From: an uncultured Actinomycetota bacterium
GTDB taxonomy: Bacteria > Actinomycetota > Actinomycetes > Actinomycetales > Dermatophilaceae
NCBI GenBank assembly: GCA_963730585.1
Contig: CAVSSL010000011.1
Location: 982,079-1,006,078, forward strand
Length of the DNA stretch: 24,000 nucleotides
Reading direction: 5' to 3'
Positions 16,976 to 23,982 of this stretch are shown piece by piece. Each line of letters begins with the position of its first letter. Position 1 is the first letter of the stretch. The position numbers were made by a program, and so were the translations under genes. The notes beneath the pieces were generated by a model, which searched no databases, had not been told where the DNA came from, and was given only the letters and a program-made list of their open reading frames with translations.

Positions 16976-17180
16976 CTGTCGCCCCCGGACCGTGGCGCGG
17001 GTGCTGCCACGGTCACCCCACCAGACGCAGGACGCAGCGCAGGCGGTTCGGTGTGGTCGGTCGTCGTGACCGGCTCGCAACCTCCTGCTGCCCCCGGCCG
17101 TGCTGGCCCACCCCCGGGCCCGGCACCTCGTCGAGTGTAACGGCGCAGCGGTCACCGTCCGAAATGCGCCCCCGCACGTG

Positions 17181-17215
17181 CAGGACGCCCCGCCGGGGAT
17201 CCGGGGGGCGTCCTG
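17181..17215 (-). terminator. Strong GC hairpin downstream of ctaF (terminator of the ctaC-ctaD-ctaF operon)
   Basis: caGGACGCCCC(g)CCGG-ggat-CCGG-GGGGCGTCCtg: about 15 bp with one bulge, 42 nt after the ctaF stop on the minus strand. Confidence 0.6.
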
Positions 17216-17256
17216 TCGAGGCTGGCCCGTGCTGGGCCTGGGACCGCGGTGCGGAC

Positions 17257-17658
17257 TCAGACCGCGTCGTCGCCCGTGAAGTACTCGAAGGTCCAGCCGA
17301 TGAGGGCCACGACGCCGAACACCGCGCCGATGATGAAGAGCCACCAGCCGACGGCCAGGCCCAGGAAGCACACCGAGGCAGCCGCGGCCAGCGGGAGCGG
17401 CCACCAGCTGTGCGGGCTGAAGAAGCCGTACTCGCCCTCGGCCTCCGCGATGTGCCCGCTGGGGTTGTCCTCGGGACGAGCCGGCAGCTTGCGGGCCGTC
17501 GCCCAGAGGTAGAACGCGATCATCCCGCCGAGGCCGGCGCACAGCAGCAGGGCCACCGGCCCCACGGGCTCGGACCAGTCCGTGACGATGCCGTAGATGA
17601 TCCCGACCGGCGCGAAGAACGCCCCGACGATCATGAACAGCTTGTACTCGACCTTCAC
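17257..17658 (-). CDS. ctaF: Cytochrome c oxidase subunit IV (actinobacterial CtaF)
   Basis: 133 aa with four TM-like segments (MKVEYKLFMIVGAFFAPVGIIYG...FFSPHSWWPLPLAAAASVCFLGLAVGWWLFIIG). The GTG start is 3 nt after the ctaD stop. Its position and pattern match Rv2199c-type CtaF. Confidence 0.88.
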   Translation of the reverse strand: MKVEYKLFMIVGAFFAPVGIIYGIVTDWSEPVGPVALLLCAGLGGMIAFYLWATARKLPARPEDNPSGHIAEAEGEYGFFSPHSWWPLPLAAAASVCFLGLAVGWWLFIIGAVFGVVALIGWTFEYFTGDDAV

Positions 17659-17661
17659 TGG

Positions 17662-19437
17662 TCAGCGCTCCTTGCCCGGGTCGACGCGGTCGCCCCTGTC
17701 GTCTGCGGTGCCCCTGTCACCCAGGTCGGCCGGTCCGAGGACCTTCGCCAGGGTGTCGGCATCGGGCTGCGGCCCACTGACCGGCGCACCCTCGGGGTGG
17801 TGCAGGTCGAAGGCGGGGCGCTCCGAGCGGATCCGCGGGATGGTGTCGAAGTTGTGCCGCGGCGGCGGGCAGCTGGTGGCCCACTCGAGCGAGGCGCCGT
17901 AGCCCCACGGGTCGTTGGTCTCGACCAGCGGAGCGCTCCGCCAGGTCTTCCAGACGTTGTAGAGGAACGGCAGCGTCGAGGCGGCCAGCAGGAAGGCGCC
18001 GGCGCTCGAGACGCGGTTCTCCCAGGTGAACCCGTCCTCCGGCAGGTAGTCGGCGTACCGACGCGGCATGCCGTCGACACCGAGCACGTGCTGGATGAGG
18101 AAGGTGGTGTGGAAGCCGATGAACAGCATCCAGAAGTGGATCTTGCCCAGCGTCTCGTCGAGCATGCGGCCCGTGAACTTCGGCCACCAGAAGTAGAAGC
18201 CGGCGAACATCGCGAACACCACGGTGCCGAACACCACGTAGTGGAAGTGCGCCACCACGAAGTAGGTGTCGGACAGGTGGAAGTCCAGGGCCGGGCTGGA
18301 CAGGATGATGCCGGTCAGGCCACCGAAGAGGAAGGTCACGAGGAACCCGATCGTCCACAGCATCGGGGTCTCGAAGGTGACCTTGCCGCCCCACATGGTG
18401 CCGATCCAGTTGAAGAACTTCACTCCGGTCGGCACGGCGATGAGCATCGTCATCACCGCGAAGAACGGCAGCAGCACTTGTCCCGTGGCGTACATGTGGT
18501 GGGCCCAGACCGTCACGGACAGCGCCGCGATGGCGATGGTCGCGAAGACCAGGGTCTTGTAGCCGAAGATCGGCTTGCGCGAGAACACCGGGAGGATCTC
18601 GGTCACGATGCCGAAGAAGGGCAGCGCGATGATGTAGACCTCGGGGTGGCCGAAGAACCAGAACAGGTGCTGCCAGAGCATCGGCCCGCCGTTGCCCGGG
18701 TCGAAGACGTGCGCACCGAACTTGCGGTCGGCGCCCAGCGCCAGCAGCGCGGCGGCCAGCACCGGGAAGGCCATCAGCACGAGGATCGAGGTCACGAGGA
18801 TGTTCCACGTGAAGATCGGCATCCGGAACATGGTCATGCCCGGGGCGCGCATGCAGATGATCGTGGTGATGAAGTTGACGGCGCCGAGGATGGTGCCGAA
18901 ACCACCGAGCGCGAGGCCGAACACCCACAGGTCGCCACCGAGGCCGGGGCTGTAGGTCGCGTCGGACAGCGGCGCGTAGGCGAACCAGCCGAACGAGGCC
19001 GCGCCCGAGGGGGTCAGGAAGCCGGCCGCGGCGATGATGCCGCCGAACAGGTACAGCCAGTAGGCGAACATGTTCAGGCGCGGGAAGGCGACGTCAGGCG
19101 CACCGATCTGGATCGGCATGAGCGCGTTGGCGAAGCCGGCGAACAGCGGCGTCGCGAACAGCAGCAGCATGATCGTGCCGTGCATGGTGAACAGCTGGTT
19201 GAACTGCTCGGGGTTGTCCACCACCTGCCGCCCGGGGCTGAACAGCTCGGCGCGGATGACCAGCGCCATGAGCCCACCGAGCATGAACCAGACGAAGGAG
19301 GTGATGAAGTACAGGTTGCCGATGACCTTGTGGTCGGTCGTCGTCAGCCACTTCACGACGGTCGCCCCGGGGGCGACCCGGCGGCGGGTGACGGTCTCAG
19401 CCGTGCGCAGGTAGGTCGACTCGCTCGCGGCGCTCAT
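17662..19437 (-). CDS. ctaD: Cytochrome c oxidase (aa3) subunit I
   Basis: 591 aa with the canonical haem-copper oxidase motifs [23 protein letters not shown] and VAHFHYV. It has a roughly 40-aa hydrophilic C-terminal tail. Its start is 2 nt after the ctaC stop, with GGGAG upstream. Confidence 0.95.
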
Positions 19438-19439
19438 GC

Positions 19440-20360
19440 TCAGTTGCTCCCAGCGTTCTCAAGTTTGTCCGCGTCCTCGTCCATGATTCCCTCACGGTTG
19501 AGGCCGTTGTCGAGCTGGCCCTCGTTGCCCTTGGTCTTCAGCTCCGCGATGTGCCGGTCGTACTCGGCCTGGTCGACGACCTTGACGTTGAACAGCATCT
19601 GCGAGTGGTAGGCACCACACAGCTCGGCGCACTTGCCCTGGAAGGTGCCGGTCTGGGTCGGGACGACCTGGAACTTGTTGACCTTGCCCGGGATCATGTC
19701 GAGCTTCTGGAGGAAGGCGGGGACCCAGAAGGAGTGGATGACGTCCCGCGCGGTGAGCTGGAACTCGGTCCGCTGGTTCACCGGCAGGTACAGGGTGGGC
19801 AGCGTCTCCTCGACACCCGGCTTGCCCGTCAGCTGGGCGTGGGTGCCGGTCTCGTAGACCTGCTCGTTGACGTAGTTGAAGTCCCAGCTCCACTGCTTGC
19901 CGACGACGTTGACCACGACGTCGGGCTGCTTGGACGTGTCGAGCAGGGCCGACTCGTCGCGCTGGGTGTAGAAGAAGAGCACCGCGATCATCAGGACCGG
20001 GACGACGGTGTAGAGGATCTCGAGGGGCACGTTGTAGCGCAGCTGGACGGGCAGCGAGCCGTCGTCGTCGCGCCGGCGACGGTAGGCCACCGCGCACCAC
20101 AGGATCAGTCCCCACACGAGGATGCCGACCACCAGGGCCGCGATCCAGGAGCCGACCCAGAGGTTGGTCACGCGCTGGGCACCCTCGGTCGCACCGCGCG
20201 GCAGGAAGCCGTCGCTCGCCTGTCCGGCGCAGCCGCTCAGGGCCAGCGCGCTGAGGCCGGCGGTCGCCGCCGTGAACCAGGTCCGACGCCCTCGGGGGCG
20301 CGGCACAGAGTCGTCGTGCGGACGCAACGGTGCACCTTCTTCTGACGAGAGACCAACCAC
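19440..20360 (-). CDS. ctaC: Cytochrome c oxidase subunit II (CuA subunit), lipoprotein-type signal
   Basis: The lipobox is LSALALSGC|AGQ, followed by two TM helices. The CuA ligands are DVIHSFWVP...[12 protein letters not shown]. The GTG start at 20360 is supported by a TAGGGT hexamer 7 nt upstream; internal TTG and GTG alternatives exist. Confidence 0.92.
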
Positions 20361-20367
20361 GCGGCAA

Positions 20368-20373
20368 ACCCTA
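20368..20373 (-). promoter_or_regulatory. Candidate -10 hexamer TAGGGT (minus strand), 7 nt upstream of ctaC GTG 20360 (leaderless-type)
   Basis: The minus strand reads TAGGGT-ttgccgc-GTG, in the 61-bp divergent intergenic region. Confidence 0.45.
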
Positions 20374-20409
20374 CTCCAGCCCCGGACGGGAGTCCGGTCA
20401 GGGTGGGAC

Positions 20410-20415
20410 TAACGT
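20410..20415 (+). promoter_or_regulatory. Candidate -10 hexamer TAACGT, 6 nt upstream of GTG 20422 (leaderless-type)
   Basis: TAACGT-cggggt-GTG. Confidence 0.45.
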
Positions 20416-20421
20416 CGGGGT

Positions 20422-21597
20422 GTGGCGAACACCAGTGTCGAGCGCGCGATCCTCGACGCCGCGAGCACCCCGATGCACCCCGTCGCCAGGGACACGTTGA
20501 TGGCCGCGCTGGACGCCGGCTGGGCCGACCCGCGCCGCCTCCACGCCGAGGGACGGGCCGCCCGCCGTCTGCTGGACCAGGCGACCGAGGTGGTCTCCGC
20601 GGGGCTGGGGGTCCGTCCCTCCGAGCTGTCCTTCGCGCCGTCCGGACCGGGCGCCGTCGCCATGGCGGTCGAGGGGGCGCTCCACAGCGGCCGCCGTCGC
20701 GGCGCCCGCCTCGTGGCCTCGGCGGTGGAGCACTCCGCCGTGCTGGCACACGGCCGCTACCGGGCTGCCGTGGCCGGCGACGACGACCTCCTCGCCGAGG
20801 TGCCGGTGGACCCCACCGGCCGGGTCGACGTCGACGCCCTCGCCGACGCCCTGGCCGAGCCGGGCACCGTGGTCGCCGCCGTGCAGCACGCCAACGGCGA
20901 GGTCGGCACCCTCCAGCCGCTGGCTGCCGCGCACGAACGGTGCCGCGCGGCCGGCGTGCCCCTCGTCGTCGACGCGCAGCCGTCCCTGGGGCGCGCGCCC
21001 TCCCCCACCCACTACGACGTGCTCGCCGGTGACGCCCAGTCCTGGGGCGGCCCGGGCGGGCTGGGAGTGCTGGCCGTGCCGGAGCGCACCCGGTGGGCAC
21101 TGCCCGGCCCCGCGGGCGAGCCCGGCTACGGCCGCAGCGGCCACGTGCCGTGGGTGCCGCTCGCGCTGGCCGCCGCGGAGGCGTGGCAGCAGACGAGCTC
21201 CGCGCACGAGGCCGAGGCGGCCGAGGCCCGCGCGCTCGTCGACCGGGTGCGTGCGGCGGCGGCTGCCGTGCCGGACGTCGAGGTCGTCGGTGACCCCGAC
21301 GAGCGCCTGCCGCACGTGGTCACCTTCAGCGCGCTGTACGTCGACGGCGAGGCCCTGGTGCACGAGTTCGACCGGCGCGGCTTCGCCATCGCGTCGGGCT
21401 CCGCGTGCACCGCGAGCACGCTGGAGCCGAGCCACGTCCTGGCCGCCATGGGGGTGCTCACGCACGGCAACGTGCGGATCACCCTGCCCCTGGCCGCGGT
21501 CTCCCCCGGCCGCGCGCAGCACGTCGAGCGGTTCTGCGCGGCCCTCCCCGAGGTCATCGCCGCGGTCCGGGCCCAGCTGGGGGCCGAGCACCTGTGA
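20422..21597 (+). CDS. Cysteine desulfurase-like (class V aminotransferase fold, IscS/NifS family) protein lacking the PLP-binding lysine
   Basis: 391 aa, collinear by eye with E. coli IscS (from memory):
- ILDAASTPMHPVARD ~ IYLDYSATTPVDPRVAE
- VEHSAVL ~ TEHKAVL
- QHANGEVGTLQP ~ MHVNNEIGVVQD
- VVDAQPSLG ~ HVDATQSVG
- ASGSACTASTLEPSHVLAAMG ~ [21 protein letters not shown] (catalytic Cys loop)

At the Schiff-base site, SFSGHKIYGPKGIGAL is replaced by LAGDAQSWGGPGGLGVL. The whole translation contains no Lys. Confidence 0.8.
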   Translation: MANTSVERAILDAASTPMHPVARDTLMAALDAGWADPRRLHAEGRAARRLLDQATEVVSAGLGVRPSELSFAPSGPGAVAMAVEGALHSGRRRGARLVASAVEHSAVLAHGRYRAAVAGDDDLLAEVPVDPTGRVDVDALADALAEPGTVVAAVQHANGEVGTLQPLAAAHERCRAAGVPLVVDAQPSLGRAPSPTHYDVLAGDAQSWGGPGGLGVLAVPERTRWALPGPAGEPGYGRSGHVPWVPLALAAAEAWQQTSSAHEAEAAEARALVDRVRAAAAAVPDVEVVGDPDERLPHVVTFSALYVDGEALVHEFDRRGFAIASGSACTASTLEPSHVLAAMGVLTHGNVRITLPLAAVSPGRAQHVERFCAALPEVIAAVRAQLGAEHL

Positions 21598-21866
21598 GCA
21601 CCGACCCGCCGGGGCTGCCGGAACAGGTCACCGTGGTCGACGCCCGCGGCCTGCGCTGTCCCCTGCCGGTCATCCGGCTCGCCCAGGCCGCCCACGACCT
21701 GCCGGGCGGTGCCGTCCTCGACCTGTGGGCCACCGACCCAGCCGCCAGGGCGGACGTCCCGGCCTGGTGCCGGATGCGCGGCCACGAGCTGGTGGGGACC
21801 ACGGAGCTGGACGAGGGCGCTGACGGCGCCCACACGGCATACCGGGTGCGCCTGGTCGTGCCCTGA
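21594..21866 (+). CDS. TusA/SirA-family sulfur carrier-like protein
   Basis: The GTG at 21594 overlaps the upstream stop (GTGA). The sequence is VSTDPPGLPEQVTVVDARGLRCPLPVIRLAQAAHDLPGGAVLDLWATDPAARADVPAWCRMRGHELVG..., with the diagnostic D.RGL.CP.P motif and the TusA alpha/beta layout. Confidence 0.8.
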   Translation: MSTDPPGLPEQVTVVDARGLRCPLPVIRLAQAAHDLPGGAVLDLWATDPAARADVPAWCRMRGHELVGTTELDEGADGAHTAYRVRLVVP

Positions 21867-21889
21867 CGCCGGCCGCCCCCGGGAAGGCT

Positions 21890-22585
21890 CTAGTCCAGCT
21901 GGTTGGCGCCGATGCGCACCTGGGGCACCTTCAGGGCGCGCTCGAGGCGCCGGAGGTACTCCTCGCGCGGCAGGTCCTCGATGCCGAGGGTGCGCAGGTG
22001 GTCGGTGGCCCACTGCACGTCGATGACGCGGTCGGGGTGGCCGTCGGCGAAGAAGAACCCGGTCAGGGCCACCAGCGCGGCCTTGGAGGCGTCGGTGACC
22101 GCGTGGAACATCGACTCCCCGGCGAAGAGGCCGCCGATGGCCACGCCGTAGAGGCCGCCCACGAGCTGGTCGTCCTGCCACGTCTCGACGCTGTGCGCCC
22201 ACCCCATGCGGTGGAGCGTGCCGTAGGCGAGGCGGACCTCGCTGGTGATCCAGCGGCCCTCCCGGCGGGGGTCGGCGCAGCGCTCCACGACCTCGTCGAA
22301 GGCGTGGTCGACGCGGAACTCGAACCGCCGGCACGACTTGCGCAGCGACCGGCTGACCGAGATGCGCCCCGGCAGGAGCACCCCGCGCGGGTCGGGAGAC
22401 CACCACCCCATCGGTCGCGCGCCGTCCTCGCCGAGCCCCATGGGGAAGACCCCGCTGCGGTAGGCCGCGAGCAGCGTGCCGGGCGCCAGGTCGCCGCCCA
22501 CGCCCACGAGGTCCTCCCCCGGGTCGACCTCGGTGAGGTCGAAGTCCCAGGGGCTCGGGGCGGGTTCCTGCGGCGGCCAGGGCAC
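21890..22585 (-). CDS. aat: Leucyl/phenylalanyl-tRNA--protein transferase
   Basis: 231 aa with the family motifs LLAAYRSGVFPM, WWSPDPRGVL and GGLYGVAIGGLFAGESMFH...DASKAALVAL. The GTG start is 10 nt after the adoK stop. Confidence 0.88.
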   Translation of the reverse strand: MPWPPQEPAPSPWDFDLTEVDPGEDLVGVGGDLAPGTLLAAYRSGVFPMGLGEDGARPMGWWSPDPRGVLLPGRISVSRSLRKSCRRFEFRVDHAFDEVVERCADPRREGRWITSEVRLAYGTLHRMGWAHSVETWQDDQLVGGLYGVAIGGLFAGESMFHAVTDASKAALVALTGFFFADGHPDRVIDVQWATDHLRTLGIEDLPREEYLRRLERALKVPQVRIGANQLD

Positions 22586-22595
22586 CGTCTGCCGC

Positions 22596-23582
22596 CTACG
22601 GGGCGAAGCAGGTGATGTGGGGCTCGATCTCGTCGGCCGAGTCCTGCCCGTAGGCGTCCGCCAGGCGCGCGAGGAAGCGGGCCTTCCCGAGGGTGTACTC
22701 CTGCGTGCCGACGGTCTCGAGGACGTAGGTCGCCAGCATGGAGCCGAGCTCCGCGGCCCGCTGGTGGCCCAGGTCGGCGGCCAGGCCGGTCAGGAAACCG
22801 GCGCGGAAGGCGTCACCCACCCCGGTCGGGTCGGCCCGGCGCACCTCGCGGGCGGCCTTGACCTCGATCGGCTCCTCGCCACGGGTCGCGATGACCGCGC
22901 CGTCCTTGCCCCGGGTGATGACGCGGGTGGTCACGCGGTCGGCGATCTCCTCGGGCGACCAGCCGGTCTTCTGCGACGTCAGGGCAGCCTCGTACTCGTT
23001 GGTGAGCAGGTAGTCGGCCCCGTCGATGAGCGCGCGGATGGTGTCGCCGTCGGCGAAGGCCAGCTGCTGCGAGGGGTCGGCGGCGAAGGGGATGCCGCGG
23101 GTGCGGCACTCCTGCGTGTGGCGCAGCATCGCCTCGGGGTCGTTGGCCCCGATGACGACGAGGTCGAGTCCCCCGACCCGGTTGGCGACCGGCTGGAGCT
23201 CGATCTGGCGGGCCTCGGACATCGCCCCGGCGTAGAAGGTCGCGATCTGGGCCATGTCGTCGTCGGTCGTGCAGACGAAGCGCGCGGTGTGCTGCGACTC
23301 CGAGACGTGCACCGACTCGCAGTCGACGCCGTGGCGCTCGAGCCAGCTGCGGTAGTCGGCGAAGTCCTCGCCCACCGCGCCGACCAGGATCGGCTGCTGG
23401 CCCAGGTTGGCCATGCCGAACGCGATGTTGGCCGCCACTCCCCCGCGCCGGACCTGCAGGTCGTCGGCCAGGAAGGAGAGCGAGACCTTGTCGAGCTGCT
23501 CGACGACGAGGGAGTCCGCGAAGCGGCCCTTGAACGTCATGAGGTGGTCGGTGGCAATGGATCCGGTGATGGCAACACGCAC
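22596..23582 (-). CDS. adoK: PfkB-family carbohydrate/nucleoside kinase, adenosine kinase (Rv2202c-like)
   Basis: 328 aa, near-collinear with M. tuberculosis AdoK as I remember it: VAITGSIATDHLMTFKGRF..., VSLSFL.DDL...RGGVA.N.AF, HTARF.CTTD.DMAQIA.FY.GAMSEA, FAADPSQQLA, DPTGVGDAFRAGFLTG. Confidence 0.85.
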   Translation of the reverse strand: MRVAITGSIATDHLMTFKGRFADSLVVEQLDKVSLSFLADDLQVRRGGVAANIAFGMANLGQQPILVGAVGEDFADYRSWLERHGVDCESVHVSESQHTARFVCTTDDDMAQIATFYAGAMSEARQIELQPVANRVGGLDLVVIGANDPEAMLRHTQECRTRGIPFAADPSQQLAFADGDTIRALIDGADYLLTNEYEAALTSQKTGWSPEEIADRVTTRVITRGKDGAVIATRGEEPIEVKAAREVRRADPTGVGDAFRAGFLTGLAADLGHQRAAELGSMLATYVLETVGTQEYTLGKARFLARLADAYGQDSADEIEPHITCFAP

Positions 23583-23588
23583 ACCCGC

Positions 23589-23594
23589 AACCTA
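23589..23594 (-). promoter_or_regulatory. Candidate -10 hexamer TAGGTT (minus strand), 6 nt upstream of adoK GTG 23582 (leaderless-type)
   Basis: The minus strand reads TAGGTT-gcgggt-GTG. Confidence 0.45.
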
Positions 23595-23687
23595 CCGCCA
23601 AAGCCGCCGGATGCCTCGGCCGCCCGCACGAGGCCTACCCGCGGGTGTTACCTCGTGGTACCGGCGTGTCGGCACGCCCGCCGCACC

Positions 23688-23693
23688 TACGGT
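23688..23693 (+). promoter_or_regulatory. Candidate -10 hexamer TACGGT, 6 nt upstream of ATG 23700 (leaderless-type)
   Basis: TACGGT-cgagac-ATG. Confidence 0.45.
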
Positions 23694-23699
23694 CGAGAC

Positions 23700-23903
23700 A
23701 TGAGCACCCCCACGCGCCCCGACGAGTTCCCCGGCCCCCGCGAGGGCCTCGACAACGGCAGCCTCAGCGAGCTGGCCATCGACGGCGGCGAGGTCGAGCT
23801 CGACGTCGCGCAGCCCCGCCCGTTCGGCGGCGAGCACCACGACATCGCGGTGCCCGACGACGCCTCGGCCCTCCTCGAGGGCATGGAGGCCTACGGCGGC
23901 TGA
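23700..23903 (+). CDS. Small acidic hypothetical protein (67 aa)
   Basis: Tail of ORF 22476..23903 from ATG 23700: MSTPTRPDEFPGPREGLDNGSLSELAIDGGEVELDVAQPRPFGGEHHDIAVPDDASALLEGMEAYGG. Third positions are almost all G/C. It is bracketed by a -10-like hexamer and a 19-bp terminator hairpin. I recognise no family. Confidence 0.6.
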   Translation: MSTPTRPDEFPGPREGLDNGSLSELAIDGGEVELDVAQPRPFGGEHHDIAVPDDASALLEGMEAYGG

Positions 23904-23940
23904 GCGGCCACCAGCGCGTCGCAGGCCCAGCACCCAGACG

Positions 23941-23982
23941 CGTCGAAGGCCCCGCACCGGTCTCGGTGCGGGGCCTTCGACG
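23941..23982 (+). terminator. Perfect 19-bp hairpin terminator
   Basis: CGTCGAAGGCCCCGCACCG-gtct-CGGTGCGGGGCCTTCGACG, 38 nt after the stop at 23903. Confidence 0.65.

Noticed and set aside
17053-19611. 852-aa + strand ORF opposite ctaF/ctaD
   Set aside because: It is antisense to a canonical haem-copper oxidase subunit I. Its translation is Arg/Glu/Gly/Asp-rich and non-membrane-like.
20382-20397. Palindrome CCGGAC-ggga-GTCCGG in the ctaC/desulfurase divergent region, considered as an operator
   Set aside because: The arms are only 6 bp in very GC-rich DNA, so a chance occurrence is plausible. It matches no known operator consensus that I can name; I looked for Rex- and CRP/GlxR-type TGTGA...TCACA sites here and upstream of ctaE and found none.
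20237-21591. Minus-strand ORFs (20398..21591, 20237..21100) opposite the desulfurase-like gene
   Set aside because: They give Arg/Gly/Pro-rich nonsense translations. The + strand product aligns block by block with IscS.
23667-23693. Second TGTCGG (TGTCGGca) upstream of the TACGGT -10 of the small acidic gene, considered as another RecA-NDp promoter
   Set aside because: The spacer between the 8-mer and the -10 hexamer is 13 nt rather than 8, and no alternative TANNNT exists at the right distance.
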